Of a stretch of 64,000 nucleotides of DNA, positions 52,040 through 62,979 are shown piece by piece (position 1 is the stretch's first letter; every line of letters starts with the position of its first letter). The DNA is from an uncultured Lentisphaerales bacterium (lineage in GTDB: Bacteria; Verrucomicrobiota; Lentisphaeria; JABSQK01; UBA12247). Both the position numbers and the translations under genes were made by a program. The notes below the pieces were generated by a model. The model saw nothing but the letters and a program-made list of their open reading frames with translations, made no database searches and was not told where the DNA came from. The stretch covers positions 1-64,000 of the forward strand of contig CALSSJ010000020.1 of the NCBI GenBank assembly GCA_943788985.1, in the 5' to 3' direction.

Positions 52040-54103
52040 TTAGGCCTCTGCGAGCCTTAGCGAGGCTGTGATTTCCTCTGTAAGCTTGGCAATCCCCTTG
52101 ACAGTCGCAGTCGCGCCAGTCGGCATGACTACGTCGTCGCCGATCTTCTTTCCCATCATCGCCTTGCCAAGTGGCGTGTCGAATGAGATGAGATGGCGTT
52201 TAGGGTCACTGTCCCAGAGCCCGACAATGTGGTAGGTCACATCCTTGCCCTCGAGCTTGATGGTGATGGACGCTCCGGGGATCACGATATCTCCAGGGAT
52301 CACTTCACTGAAATCTGTGCCCTGCACGGTCTTAAGGCCGCGTTCTAGCTCTTCTTGACGGGAACGAAGCAACCGCTGCTCTTCTTTGGCGGCCTTGAAT
52401 TCTGCGTTCTCGCGAAGGTCCCCGTAGCTGCGGGCCAAGGAGATTTGGCGAATGTTCGCCGGGATCCGCTTCTCAACGATGTCTTTGAGCTCTGCCTGCC
52501 GTTGCTGAATGCTGGCGAACGAGCTTTTCTTGTCCATCGGACGGCGGGCGACGATTTTGCGCCGCTCCTCGACGATCTCCCGCGCTTCCGGATAGATCCG
52601 GCAGATTTTCACAAGCAGGCTCTGTTGCTCGCCTTTATTCAGCACCTGGGTGTTCTTGGTGGTTTTAACCAGAGCCGAGATTCCGGCTTCGTCGCCGTCT
52701 CGCATCAGCCGCTTCTGGAACGACTGATCATCCACAACGAGCTTGAGCAAGTCGCGGCGCGCCTTGATGTAGTCGCCCTTTGCGGGTTTGTTCAGGACGC
52801 GGAAAATGGCGATAGGATTAGAGAATGCGGTCTCGCGATGTGCTTTTTGCTTCCATAGCCAAACCACGATGTCAGCATTCGCCGTCCCCCGCCGGATGCT
52901 GTCGATAGCGAGTCGCTGCATGTCCTGCAGGTCGCCATCGTAGGCTTTCAGAATTCCTTCCACACCAGAGAGCAGGCGAGCGGGCAGCAGAATGATGACC
53001 ACATCGAACCATTCCCGGCCTCGGGCCTGAAACACGGCGTTGAGCCAGCCCACCACTTCCTTAGCGGAAAGCTTCTTGATTACATCGATGACCTCTTCGT
53101 GGGAACTCCAGGCGATGCTGTCTTGCGGAAGCGCGCCGATCATTTCTTTTTGCCAGTCGGCGCCGCCTGTTGCGAGCCATAGACGGCCCATAGCAGTGGC
53201 AAAGAACTGCTTGTTCATTGGCTTGCGCGCAGCAAAGTTGAACAGAGTGAGAATGTGCGCCTGCTTCTCTTCATCGGGCTCGATGCTGTCGACGCCATCA
53301 AGGCCGATAATCAGCTCTTCAAGGCTTCGTGCATTATCCCAAGTACGCTCTGCCTTGGGCGCGACTGCTTTGCTGGCAGTGGCCAATTTGGCATTCCGCC
53401 ACTCGTCATAGTCCCGCTTGGCCATTAGCCGTGGAACGATAAGGCTGGCGGTCACAGGCCCGACTTTTCCGATTCGGGGGAGGAAGCTGGCGCCGATCTG
53501 TTCGTCCAGCTCTTTGGCCTCGACTTCAGGCTTCCAGCTGCCGATGCGGCCGGATAGCTCGGCGACTTTTGAAGCGGGCTTTGCGACAAACAGCGTCGCC
53601 AGGCTCTGGGCCATGGAGAACGTCTGCCGAGTCTGAAACTTCACAGATACGAGATCACTGAACCCGTCAATCTCAGTCACGGTGCCAAGGCCGAACGAAT
53701 TATGCCAGACGATAGAGTCTTCCCTAAAAATCTTGATGATCTCCAATCTCTGGCGCACGACTCGAATATCGATCTTGCTGTCGAGAACTGCGGAGGCCTT
53801 AATCAGGCCGGCCGGATCAGGATAGTCGCCGTGTTCTTTGCGCACGCTTGCAGCGATGGTGTCGCGGACAGCCATCACATCTACGCCCAGCCGAGCAGCA
53901 TGTAGGGCTAAGTCGCGCAGTTGAGGGTTAGCCGCAGCCGCGTCGGGGTCCTCAAGAATCACCGGGAGGCCTTCTGCGAGCGCGCTGTTCTCTGCGGCTT
54001 CCAACGCCTTCTGCTGAGCAAGTCCTTCCAAAAGTTTTGCGATAGCTGCTGAATCGTTCTCAGCCACGCCCAAGATATTCGCCTCAAGTTCGTCTATTGT
54101 CAT
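52040..54103 (-). CDS. greA: GreA/GreB family elongation factor with a long N-terminal extension
   Basis: C-terminal ARSYGDLRENAEFKAAK, YHIVGLWDSD, ISFDTPLGKAMMGK. Confidence 0.82.
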   Translation of the reverse strand: MTIDELEANILGVAENDSAAIAKLLEGLAQQKALEAAENSALAEGLPVILEDPDAAAANPQLRDLALHAARLGVDVMAVRDTIAASVRKEHGDYPDPAGLIKASAVLDSKIDIRVVRQRLEIIKIFREDSIVWHNSFGLGTVTEIDGFSDLVSVKFQTRQTFSMAQSLATLFVAKPASKVAELSGRIGSWKPEVEAKELDEQIGASFLPRIGKVGPVTASLIVPRLMAKRDYDEWRNAKLATASKAVAPKAERTWDNARSLEELIIGLDGVDSIEPDEEKQAHILTLFNFAARKPMNKQFFATAMGRLWLATGGADWQKEMIGALPQDSIAWSSHEEVIDVIKKLSAKEVVGWLNAVFQARGREWFDVVIILLPARLLSGVEGILKAYDGDLQDMQRLAIDSIRRGTANADIVVWLWKQKAHRETAFSNPIAIFRVLNKPAKGDYIKARRDLLKLVVDDQSFQKRLMRDGDEAGISALVKTTKNTQVLNKGEQQSLLVKICRIYPEAREIVEERRKIVARRPMDKKSSFASIQQRQAELKDIVEKRIPANIRQISLARSYGDLRENAEFKAAKEEQRLLRSRQEELERGLKTVQGTDFSEVIPGDIVIPGASITIKLEGKDVTYHIVGLWDSDPKRHLISFDTPLGKAMMGKKIGDDVVMPTGATATVKGIAKLTEEITASLRLAEA

Positions 54104-54113
54104 GTCGTCCCCG

Positions 54114-54599
54114 TTATTGATTTCTACCAAAAGTTTTATAGTTCTTCTCGGCTGCCTCAGCGATCAACATCGCGTCATCTGCCTGCAAGCGAATCGGCAC
54201 CAGAATCGAGCCCGATCCCGGATAGGACCGCGCCACAAAAGTCCCGCGATAAATACCGTCTACCATGAACACGAGCCGCCTGCCATGATAGTCAATGGCG
54301 GCCTGCGTCCACAAGTTTTCACCATGGCGATCTAGATGCAAGGCGAGGTGAAAGGTACCATCCCGCGATTCGAGTGCCTCTGCACTTGCGATACCTGGTG
54401 AGGCAAGCATTGGCAACCTACGCACATACAGCCTCTGGCCATCGACCATAATCGCGCGTTCGAACTTGCCCATACGGGGTGAAACCCGCGGAATTAGTTC
54501 GTGAATCGTGATTAGCTGGTGTCGCTTATAGAACGAGTCTTCAAATGTCTCGCAGCCTGTAAGTAGGGCCACCGCAATGAGAAGTGCTACGCACTTCAT
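54114..54599 (-). CDS. Lipoprotein, possibly SecDF P1-head-like
   Basis: Lipobox LTGC; LHLDRHG...GRRLVFMVDG pattern. Confidence 0.6.
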   Translation of the reverse strand: MKCVALLIAVALLTGCETFEDSFYKRHQLITIHELIPRVSPRMGKFERAIMVDGQRLYVRRLPMLASPGIASAEALESRDGTFHLALHLDRHGENLWTQAAIDYHGRRLVFMVDGIYRGTFVARSYPGSGSILVPIRLQADDAMLIAEAAEKNYKTFGRNQ

Positions 54600-55993
54600 A
54601 GGTCCTCTCCGTACTTCTCTTCGAACTGCTCTGCCGATATTCCCATCGCGTGCGCGGCCTTATTACGATCGCCATCCATAGCACGCAACGTGTGCGTCAC
54701 AAACTCCATCTCCTTCTGACGCAGAAACTTTCGCAGGGAGCGCCAGCGCAAATCGTACTCGTCTGAATAGCCTTTTCCTTGGCTGGAACGTACGAAACAG
54801 TAGCGAACGGGTCGGGGTAAATGCTCCAGCCGAATTCGACAATCCTCAGTGGCCGCGCGCCGCGCAGCCCGGCGAATTGAGCCTACAAGCTCGCGGACAT
54901 TCCCGGGCCAGGTGTAGGCCTCCAACGCCGCCATGGCCTTCATCTCAATCGAAATCTTCTTGTCTCGATTTAGATTCAGGTCATGCATCGTATGCTGGGT
55001 CAGGAGGGCGATGTCACCCGCGCGCTCACGCAACGGCGGAAGTTCAATCGTCGCCAGCCCCAGGCCGTAATAGAGTTCTTCGAGCAACTCACCGCGCGCC
55101 AGCTTGCGTTCGAGTGGCTCGGTGGAAGAGATGAGTACCCGGAACTCCGCCGGGATCGTTCGTCGATCGCGTTGAAACATCCCACTCTGCACGACGCGAA
55201 CTAAATCATGCTGGACGGAGTGAGGCAAACAGCCGATCTCATTCAGGTAAAGCGTACCGCCGTGCGCTTGCTCGAGGCAACCCACAAACGGTACGCGACG
55301 TCGCTCCATCTGCACCTGCGACTCCGGCTCGCTCCTGGCAGAGAATGGAACCCCGAAGAACTCATCGTGCAACATCACACTCGGGATGTCCAGACAGTCA
55401 AACTCAATAAAAGGCCCGTCGCGGAAAACGCCACAGTCATGGAGCGCACGCGCGACCAAGCTCTTGCCAACCCCCGACTCTCCAAGGAGGCAGAAGGTGG
55501 TTTCCATATCTGCCGCTTCAGCAATCAGATCATAGAGCTGACGCATGCGTAAACTCTCACCAATCATGCCCATGTTCGCCTCTACGGCCTTGCTTAGCTC
55601 CGTACCGCCGAGATTCGAGAACGGAAGTGCGCGGCGCACCACCGCCAGCAACTCCTCCAAATCGAACGGCTTCCCGATGTAGTCAAACGCTCCCAGCCGC
55701 ATGGCATTGATCGCTGAGTCGACATCTGCATGTCCTGTCATCATGACGACGGGCGTATTCGGGTGGGAATTCACCAGCATGCTGAGCACTGCCATGCCAT
55801 CGATCCCTGGCATCACCAAGTCCGTCAGCACGAGGTCGATGTCTTCTTCGTCGACAACTCGAACCACATGCTCGCCATGTTCAAGGGTAAACACCTCGTA
55901 CCCCTGCCGGCGCAGCAGCGTTTTCAACACAGTAATAATTCCTGGGTCATCATCAAGTACCAGGATACGATCTTTACGCGCGTCAGCCATCAA
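54596..55993 (-). CDS. NtrC-family response regulator (REC-AAA-HTH) with a degenerate sigma-54 activation motif
   Basis: VLDDD, TDLVMP, KPF; GESGVGKS; WPGNVREL; no GAFTGA; Walker B reads LYLNE. Confidence 0.88.
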   Translation of the reverse strand: MMADARKDRILVLDDDPGIITVLKTLLRRQGYEVFTLEHGEHVVRVVDEEDIDLVLTDLVMPGIDGMAVLSMLVNSHPNTPVVMMTGHADVDSAINAMRLGAFDYIGKPFDLEELLAVVRRALPFSNLGGTELSKAVEANMGMIGESLRMRQLYDLIAEAADMETTFCLLGESGVGKSLVARALHDCGVFRDGPFIEFDCLDIPSVMLHDEFFGVPFSARSEPESQVQMERRRVPFVGCLEQAHGGTLYLNEIGCLPHSVQHDLVRVVQSGMFQRDRRTIPAEFRVLISSTEPLERKLARGELLEELYYGLGLATIELPPLRERAGDIALLTQHTMHDLNLNRDKKISIEMKAMAALEAYTWPGNVRELVGSIRRAARRAATEDCRIRLEHLPRPVRYCFVRSSQGKGYSDEYDLRWRSLRKFLRQKEMEFVTHTLRAMDGDRNKAAHAMGISAEQFEEKYGEDL

Positions 55994-56029
55994 TAAATCC
56001 CGTCAAGCAGGGATCGAGATTATCAGTCG

Positions 56030-56794
56030 TCAATAGACGTCCTCCAGGTAAACTCTATCTCCTACTGAGATGCGTAGAGACTCGGCAGCGTTTCCTTGGT
56101 TCACTGCAAGCTCCACCAGACCGTAGCTGTTCACCAACGCCAGCGCGTCGCCGGGATTGGCCGTCGCGTACGTCAGCGACACGCGCTGGGCCTCAAACTC
56201 GCCGCATCGCACAGTGGCTTCCGCCGAGATGGCGTCGGGGCGGACGTTGGTAACCGCATTCCCAAACCGGTCGATGCAAATAACACGGCTTGCCGCCGAC
56301 TCCGGAAGATGCACCGGATCCCGAACGAGCGAGCCAAACTGCCCGGGCGGGGTACCGCCTGCTGCGTGCGCGCCGACAGGGGCAAACACATCGCGCCCGG
56401 GGAAAGTATGTGAGCGGCAGCTGCCGTGCCACCGCGTCTCCGTCAAGGAATGGATTTCGGCCGCGTCTCCGGCACCTTGTATCAGGACCCCGTTATCTGG
56501 TCCGGCCAGTGTGGCGTGTTGCGTTCGCACAATCAAGCCTCTGCGATCACTCCCCGCACCTGGATCCACGACCACGATAAATGTCGTGCCCTGCGGAAAG
56601 TGAGGGCCACTCTGTGCAACAAAAAACGCCGCACAACAAATGTCATGCGGCGCAATTTCGTGCGTCAAGTCAATAACACGCAGGTCCGGGTTCACCGAGG
56701 CAATGGCGCCCTTCATGACACCAACATACGGATCGGAGACACCGAAGTCTGTGAGCAGGACAATCAGCCCATCGGCTTGTGACCGCTGGCTCAA
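56030..56794 (-). CDS. SAM-dependent chlorinase/fluorinase (DUF62) family protein
   Basis: LLTDFG, YVGVMKG, VVDPG, TFPGRDVFAP, IDRFGN, ELAVNQG. Confidence 0.9.
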   Translation of the reverse strand: MSQRSQADGLIVLLTDFGVSDPYVGVMKGAIASVNPDLRVIDLTHEIAPHDICCAAFFVAQSGPHFPQGTTFIVVVDPGAGSDRRGLIVRTQHATLAGPDNGVLIQGAGDAAEIHSLTETRWHGSCRSHTFPGRDVFAPVGAHAAGGTPPGQFGSLVRDPVHLPESAASRVICIDRFGNAVTNVRPDAISAEATVRCGEFEAQRVSLTYATANPGDALALVNSYGLVELAVNQGNAAESLRISVGDRVYLEDVY

Positions 56795-56810
56795 AGCTGC
56801 GACAGCAGCC

Positions 56811-57038
56811 TTAGGCCTTTTCGATCGCGCCGGAGCGGATACAGGCCACGCAAACAACAGCGCGCTTAACCGTACCGTTGAGACGAATCCGTACGGACTG
56901 CAAGTTCGGCCGAAAGACCCGTTTGACGTTCTTTACTACGTGGGTGCCGATACCGCCTTGCTTCTTAGCCAGACCGCGTCGGGAAATGCTACCACCGGAA
57001 ACCCGGCGTTTCGCACATACTGCACATTCCTTGGGCAT
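56811..57038 (-). CDS. rpmB: 50S ribosomal protein L28
   Basis: CAVCAK, RRGLAKKQGGIG, KRVFRPNLQ, VCVACIRSG. Confidence 0.95.
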   Translation of the reverse strand: MPKECAVCAKRRVSGGSISRRGLAKKQGGIGTHVVKNVKRVFRPNLQSVRIRLNGTVKRAVVCVACIRSGAIEKA

Positions 57039-57090
57039 AGTCAATCTCCTCTGAAAATCATATCATAGCGACGTTCGCAAGCGCAAATAG

Positions 57091-57166
57091 TGGTGGGTTG
57101 GCCGGGGCTCGAACCCGGGACCCACGGCTTAAAAGGCCGTTGCTCTACCGACTGAGCTACCAACCC
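57091..57166 (-). tRNA. tRNA-Lys(TTT)
   Basis: 76-nt cloverleaf GGGTTGG...CCAACCC-ACCA; anticodon arm ACGGC-CTTTTAA-GCCGT; GTTCGAG T-loop. Confidence 0.97.
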
Positions 57167-57273
57167 ACGCCGCATTGCGAGCCGAGTAAAATACTCAGCC
57201 TGACCAATCTGTCAATCCGCCTGTGAGTACTTCGTCCACAAGCGACAAAACCAGGGGCGTTTCAGCTAACTCT

Positions 57274-58296
57274 TCAAGGTGTCCGTAACTCATCGAGGAG
57301 CTGTCCGACCAGGTCCGCAGAGGTAAGATTCTCCGCTTCTGCTTCATAGGATGGCACGACGCGATGCCGCAGGACATCAGGCGCCACGTCCTTGACATCC
57401 TGTGGGACCACATAAGCACGTCCAGCCAGAAATGCGGTCGCCTTGGCCGCGATCGCCATCGCCAGCGTGGCGCGCGGTGACGCCCCAATCTGAATCAACT
57501 CAGCAAACCTCTCCAACTTTGCTTCATTCTGGCGCTCCGACAGCTGATCGTGCTTGCTAGTCCGCGTCGCAAACACGATATCCAAAATGTAGGCTACGAT
57601 CTTCTCGTCGATGTACACCTTATCGACCCACTTGCGGGCGTTTTGAATATCATCTAGTGAGGCGACCTGCGTAGCCACGCTTTTAACGTCCGGATGAGCC
57701 ATGCGCTCAAGAATCACCGCTTCTTCGTCTCGCGTGGGGTAATCGAGCTCGACCTTCAGCATGAAGCGGTCCGTCTGTGCTTCGGGAAGCGGGTAGGTTC
57801 CTTCCTGCTCCAGTGGATTCTGCGTGGCCATCACCAAGAATGGTGACGGCAGCTTGTGGGTGACCCCAGCAATCGTGACCTGGCGCTCCTGCATGGCTTC
57901 CAACAAAGCGCTCTGCACCTTCGCTGGCGCACGATTGATCTCGTCTGCCAAAACGATGTTCGCAAACACCGGGCCCTTCTTGACCGAGAAGCTCTGATCG
58001 TGCGGATTGTAGATGGTAGTTCCAATCACGTCAGCAGGAAGCAGATCAGGCGTAAATTGCAGGCGCGCAAAGTCACCGCCGACGGCCTGCGCCAGCAGGT
58101 TGATCGTCAAGGTTTTGGCCAGACCAGGCACACCTTCTACTAGAATGTGGCCGTTGGTTACCATGCCGAGAATTAAGCGGTCAAGCAGCCGCTCCTGACC
58201 GACCAGAAAACGCCCGACCTCTACGCGAAGCGTCTGCACGAATGCAGATGCGGCCTTGATCTTGTTCTGCAGCTCCTGAAGTTCCTGTTGTTGCAT
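57274..58296 (-). CDS. moxR: MoxR family AAA+ ATPase
   Basis: EGVPGLAKT, QFTPDLLPAD, LADEINRAPAKVQSALLEAM, ATQNPLEQEGTYPLPEAQ. Confidence 0.95.
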   Translation of the reverse strand: MQQQELQELQNKIKAASAFVQTLRVEVGRFLVGQERLLDRLILGMVTNGHILVEGVPGLAKTLTINLLAQAVGGDFARLQFTPDLLPADVIGTTIYNPHDQSFSVKKGPVFANIVLADEINRAPAKVQSALLEAMQERQVTIAGVTHKLPSPFLVMATQNPLEQEGTYPLPEAQTDRFMLKVELDYPTRDEEAVILERMAHPDVKSVATQVASLDDIQNARKWVDKVYIDEKIVAYILDIVFATRTSKHDQLSERQNEAKLERFAELIQIGASPRATLAMAIAAKATAFLAGRAYVVPQDVKDVAPDVLRHRVVPSYEAEAENLTSADLVGQLLDELRTP

Positions 58297-58443
58297 AAAT
58301 CCGTCTCGCTCTATTCTGATTGGGTGTCGGCAGCAGACGCCGACTGGGCGGAAAAGTTGCACCGACACGTGCAATCAACAACAGTCTTCGCAGCAAGTTC
58401 GGCCAATCAGCCCCGTGCCCTCACCTTGTTGATTGCAACAGGC

Positions 58444-60219
58444 CTAGCGCGCGGGCGACGGTGCTGGCGCTGGTGGCGGGCTCACTGCGGGTGTAGACGT
58501 CGCGGGTGCAACCTCGCCCTCAAGCTCTTGCGGAATCATCGTTTCAGGCGGAATCTCGGAAGGAGCTACTGGGACGCGTGCTGGTACCAAGCGATAGATC
58601 TTGTAGCGCAGTTCTTTGTCATCAGCCATCACTTGATAGTCATCTAGAATCCGCTGCAGCTCGGTCTGCTTGGCGAAGTCGCCCAGATCAGTGATCACGA
58701 AGTACTCGGCGCCAATCTCCTCAACGATCAAGTCAAACAAATCGCGACTGACTTTCTCCTCACTCTGTGCGGTCGCCAGGGTGCGGTTGACCAGCGCGGT
58801 CGCACCGGGCCAACGCCTGCCGCCAAACTTCCCGTAGTAGGTCAAATCTGTGCCGCCGTCCTCCCCCAGATAGATCGCAGCCGTAGTGTGATTCAAGTCC
58901 TCGCCCAGCTTGATCGCCAATTGACGCCGCGCCTCGATTCGCTTGTGAAAGGCAGGGTGAATGAACATGATCACCTTCTTGTGGACGCCGACCAGCCCGG
59001 TAACGAACTCGAAACCAACCTTACCTACGGAGGCTTCGCCCTTCGTCAGCGCCTTTAACTTGGGAGCAGAAACCGCCAGCTGGAGCAGGACCGGAATGAC
59101 TACGACCGCGGCCAATGCAACGAGATGCTGCTTCACGAACCCGATCCTCTCTTGGACAAGATGCTGCACCAAGAAGGCGTAGGATACTGCCACCAGCGGA
59201 ATGAGCTGCAAGTGGTAGTAGTCGTGCGTGTGGATGTGATAGGTAAAGATACACGAGTACACTGCGTAGCCACACCACCAAGAGCGGATGAGAATCTTTG
59301 CCAATGGCTTCTTAGGCAGCGCCCATGCACTCCAAATCGCCAGCGCCAACGGAATCAGCCCGATCATGCGGCCGACCATGCGCGCAGTGCCCAGCCAGAA
59401 CTTTTTCGTCAGCAGCAGCGCTGGCTGCACCGTCGCATTAGCCTGCCAGTCGAGATTCGAATCGCCCCCCAAGATGTGCAGCGCGTAATAGGCGATCGGA
59501 ATCGAAAAACAAGCACCCACGATGTATGGGACAGGGCTGGTAAAGATTCCGAAGATCGAGTGACGCCACGCCCAGAGCCCAATGCAGATCAGCCCGATTG
59601 GCACGAGACAAAGCGGCTTGATAAATACGGCCAAACTCCACAGCACAGCCGCCGCCGCGACTCGTCCTGCGGTCTGCTTCTCCACCACCAACAAAAAAGC
59701 GTGCAGCCCGCCCAAGAACAGGCAAATCATCAGCGGATCAGGCTGGAAGCTTCGCGTCCCAATGACCCCAAACGGCAGAAATAGATAGACCCCCAGCGAG
59801 GCCACGGCACAATAATTCGGCGCAATGCCGCGCACGATTCTGAATACGAATACGCCTCCCAATAGCCATAGCAACGAGGCGATAGCCTTCGGAACCCACA
59901 GCCTCTCGCCGCCCAGCATGTTGTAGAAGAAGACTGAGGTGCCTTCCATCACGCGCGGCTCGAGCAGTAGTTCATCGGCCAGGTTCTGCGCGGCTACCGC
60001 ACGTTCCCACTCCGGCGCAGTTGTCTTATTCTCCATGTACATCCCACGTGCAATAGCAGCACACATGAACTGGCGTGCGGGATGGTAGTCAATCGGTGGC
60101 GCGGTGATCCGGTACATCCGAACACCGAACGCCAGGATAAACAGAAGCAGGACAATCGCCTTGAGTTTAGGGGCCAGTGCCTGTTGTGGAGTGTAAATCA
60201 GCTCTTCCTGGTCAGACAC
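58444..60219 (-). CDS. ArnT/PMT-like GT-C membrane glycosyltransferase
   Basis: DYHPARQ loop, RSFQPD, many TM helices, HDYYHL; GTG start with RBS GGAGG. Confidence 0.8.
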   Translation of the reverse strand: MSDQEELIYTPQQALAPKLKAIVLLLFILAFGVRMYRITAPPIDYHPARQFMCAAIARGMYMENKTTAPEWERAVAAQNLADELLLEPRVMEGTSVFFYNMLGGERLWVPKAIASLLWLLGGVFVFRIVRGIAPNYCAVASLGVYLFLPFGVIGTRSFQPDPLMICLFLGGLHAFLLVVEKQTAGRVAAAAVLWSLAVFIKPLCLVPIGLICIGLWAWRHSIFGIFTSPVPYIVGACFSIPIAYYALHILGGDSNLDWQANATVQPALLLTKKFWLGTARMVGRMIGLIPLALAIWSAWALPKKPLAKILIRSWWCGYAVYSCIFTYHIHTHDYYHLQLIPLVAVSYAFLVQHLVQERIGFVKQHLVALAAVVVIPVLLQLAVSAPKLKALTKGEASVGKVGFEFVTGLVGVHKKVIMFIHPAFHKRIEARRQLAIKLGEDLNHTTAAIYLGEDGGTDLTYYGKFGGRRWPGATALVNRTLATAQSEEKVSRDLFDLIVEEIGAEYFVITDLGDFAKQTELQRILDDYQVMADDKELRYKIYRLVPARVPVAPSEIPPETMIPQELEGEVAPATSTPAVSPPPAPAPSPAR

Positions 60220-60250
60220 GTGGCCCTCCTCCGATCCTGTTGGTGGTCTA

Positions 60251-61960
60251 TTACTTGGTCTTGCGGCCAAACCACACGTTCGCTAGACCTGCGGTATACC
60301 ACCGCAGGTAATTCTTGAGCCACGCAAACAGCCGAAATTTCGACTCGCCGCCCTTACGCTGCTTCCAAACGGTCGGAATCTCGCAGATTTTCAGCCCGCG
60401 CGAATGCCCTTTGACGGTCAGCTCAAACGAGAACTCGAATCCACCGCTGCTTTCAATGTCGATGCTCTTCAAATACTTGGCCCGGTACAGCTTAAACGAG
60501 TTCGTGACGTCCGAAGTCGGGAAGCGGGTCAGCATGTGAAAGGATCGGTTGGCGACACGAGAGAGAAGATCTTGAATAAATGGACCACCGAGCTTCTTGC
60601 CGTCACCCGAGTAACGCGTACCACAGACGATGTCGAAACCGCCATCGGCCTTCGCGACCATTTCGTTGATCGTGTGCATGTCATCCGAAAGATCACCGTT
60701 CACCATAACGATATATTCGCCGCGGGCAGCGTCGATTCCGGCGCGGATCGCATTGATCACGCCAGGCCCGATATCGTTTTTGACCAGTTTGAGTTCGGGC
60801 ACGCTTTGCATCATCTGCTCCACGTACGGGACGGTCGTGTCTTCGTCGAAATCATAGACCACGAGTATTTCGAAGGGAACGCCCACGTGGCGTTTCACTT
60901 CTTGGATCGTCGGGACAATCAAGTCATCCTCGTTGTAGACCGGCGTAATGATGGTCAACTCCGGACAGGATCCAGTCGTGGCTTCATCGTAGTTATCGCG
61001 AAACCACTCGACCGTCTCCTTCAGGCCCTTGTCGAGCAGCATTTTCGGCTCGAACCCTGACACCCGCGTGAGCTTCTCACTGGACAAAGACTTGCGCGGA
61101 GCGCCCTCAGGCTTGGTCGTATCAAACTCAAGCACCGGCGTTTTGCCGCTGATCTCGCAGATCTTGCGCACCAGATCTCCGATGGTCGTCTCGCGGTCAT
61201 GCCCTACGTTAACGGGGTCCGCTACCGCATACTTCTCGGTGAGATCCATAAAGCCCTGAGCCACATCCAGCACGTGCACGAAGGCCCGCGTCTGATTTCC
61301 CGAGCCCCAAACCCGTACGGGGTCTTCGCCATCGAGCACGCGCTTGGTCAGCGCCGGAATCACGTGCGACTTCTCGCCGTCCCAGCCATCGCCCGCGCCA
61401 TAGACATTATTCGGCCGCGCCACCGCGATCTTCATGTCGTACTCTTTCGCGTAGTATCTGGCCTGAACCTCCATATTGATCTTACCCAGCGCATAGCCCT
61501 CGTTCACCAACTCCGGAGTACCGGTGTAGGCTTCTTCCGTCGTGGGAGCAGGCGCGCCATCGGGGTAGACACAGGACGAACTCACGACTTAAGTCCGCTC
61601 GACGTTGTTCAGTCGGCAGGCTTGTAGGACGTTGAGGCCCAACAATGTATTGAAGGTAAACATCTCGCCGTGATGGTCCTGGCTGTACTCCAAACCACAG
61701 GCCTTGGCCACTAGGTTCATACAGACATCCATCCCGGCCGTCGCAGTCAGACAACTGTCGAACGATACCAAGTCGAGTTGCATGAAATCAATCTGGTCAA
61801 AGATTTCCCTCAGGTTTTCCTTGCGGCCGCGTTCGAGATTGTCCGCCACGCGAACCGTTGAGCCTTGGTTCAGCAATAGCCTAACTAGTTTGGCGCCAAC
61901 AAAACCAGCGCCGCCAGCGACCAATACTTTTTTCTTCTTCCAGAAACTTTCCTGGCCCAT
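60251..61960 (-). CDS. Fusion of an NAD-dependent nucleotide-sugar epimerase and a GT2 (polyprenol-phosphate glycosyltransferase-like) domain; one in-frame TAA at 61589-61591
   Basis: AGGAGFVG, SSSCVY, YALGK, VWGSGNQTRAFVHV; then IITPVYNE, VYDFDED, NGDLSD. The two ORFs share a frame (ERT*VVSSSCVY). Confidence 0.82.
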
Positions 61961-62437
61961 TGCACGTCCTTGCCATTACGGTCCAGCGAGAAAATCCGAG
62001 GAGATCAGCCGCAATTCTGCGGGACTCGCAGCGCCCGGATCCAAAAGTGAACCGCTACGATAGGTGAATTTCATTTGTCTGCAACACGCTGATTCTCAAA
62101 TAGTTCGCGATGTGCGCATGCACCCGTGCCAGACTGAGCCTGCAAACACCGAATTTGAGAATTCAGTGCACGGACTCCAGTCGCCAAATTCCTGCGCGTG
62201 TCTGGAGTCGCAGCCGAGCGGGAGTTTTGTCAGGCCATCTCCGTTTCAGACGAGCGCGGCGTGGATGACGGGCACGTGGACAAGGAGCCATTTCCACTGG
62301 CACGATCGCTTGGCTTCCCCAGCGCTTCCTGCAGCCCCTCACAAGACCCAAATTAAGCCCTCGCTTTCGAGGAGTTGCTGCCTAGACCAAGCGTTGAAAT
62401 AATAGTTCCCATTCCTTCCCCTTTTCCGAAACCTGCA

Positions 62438-62960
62438 ATGAGACATCATGGGATGCTACTGATCCTCGCAGCCTTGCCTGTCATCACCGCGATAGCTTCC
62501 GACAAATATTTCGATGGCAACGGGACCGCAGCTTGCTTCGGACTAACCAGCGGCAGTTAGCCGTTTCCCCTCGACCCAACCGTGGCGATCTGGAATACCG
62601 ATACGACAGGAGCGGCCGGGGAGGCCATCCTTACGCTGGCTAGCGGCGATGTTGCAAACTTCATGCCGAGCGGGACCTCCGGAGTTAGATTTGACTGTGA
62701 GAATTATGGTGGCGTGCCATTGGGGGCACTACAACCGGAGTTGAAAGTGGCGCGCCGTTCATCCAGCCCATGCAAAATCAAAGTGGCGGCGGCCTGGCCC
62801 TCACCTAGTCGCGAGGTGAAATCGTCGACACCAGCGGTTTTGAAAACGGTTTCTGGTGGGACCTCTATACCACTGGCGACTATACTAGGATCGGCGCAAA
62901 TTTGCTGACCTCCGGAGATGATGGGGTGACGGCAAACGGTACACTGAACATTGACCAAGC
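62438..62960 (+). pseudogene. Broken gene for a secreted protein (fragment)
   Basis: Signal-like MRHHGMLLILAALPVITAIAS, then stops and frameshifts; Gly/Thr-rich beta-type sequence. Confidence 0.35.
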
Positions 62961-62979
62961 AGGCATTTAGATCCGGCAG

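Noticed and set aside
57091..57166. tRNA-Lys as an island integration site
   Set aside because: Flanked by housekeeping rpmB and moxR; no integrase or duplicated tRNA 3' end seen.
10207..62063. Numerous antisense and alternate-frame ORFs in the supplied track
   Set aside because: Shadows of GC-rich real genes, without motifs or independent start signals.
62298..62314. Second sigma-54 promoter (TGGCACGATCGCTTGG)
   Set aside because: Lacks GC at the -12 position with the required 10-bp spacing.
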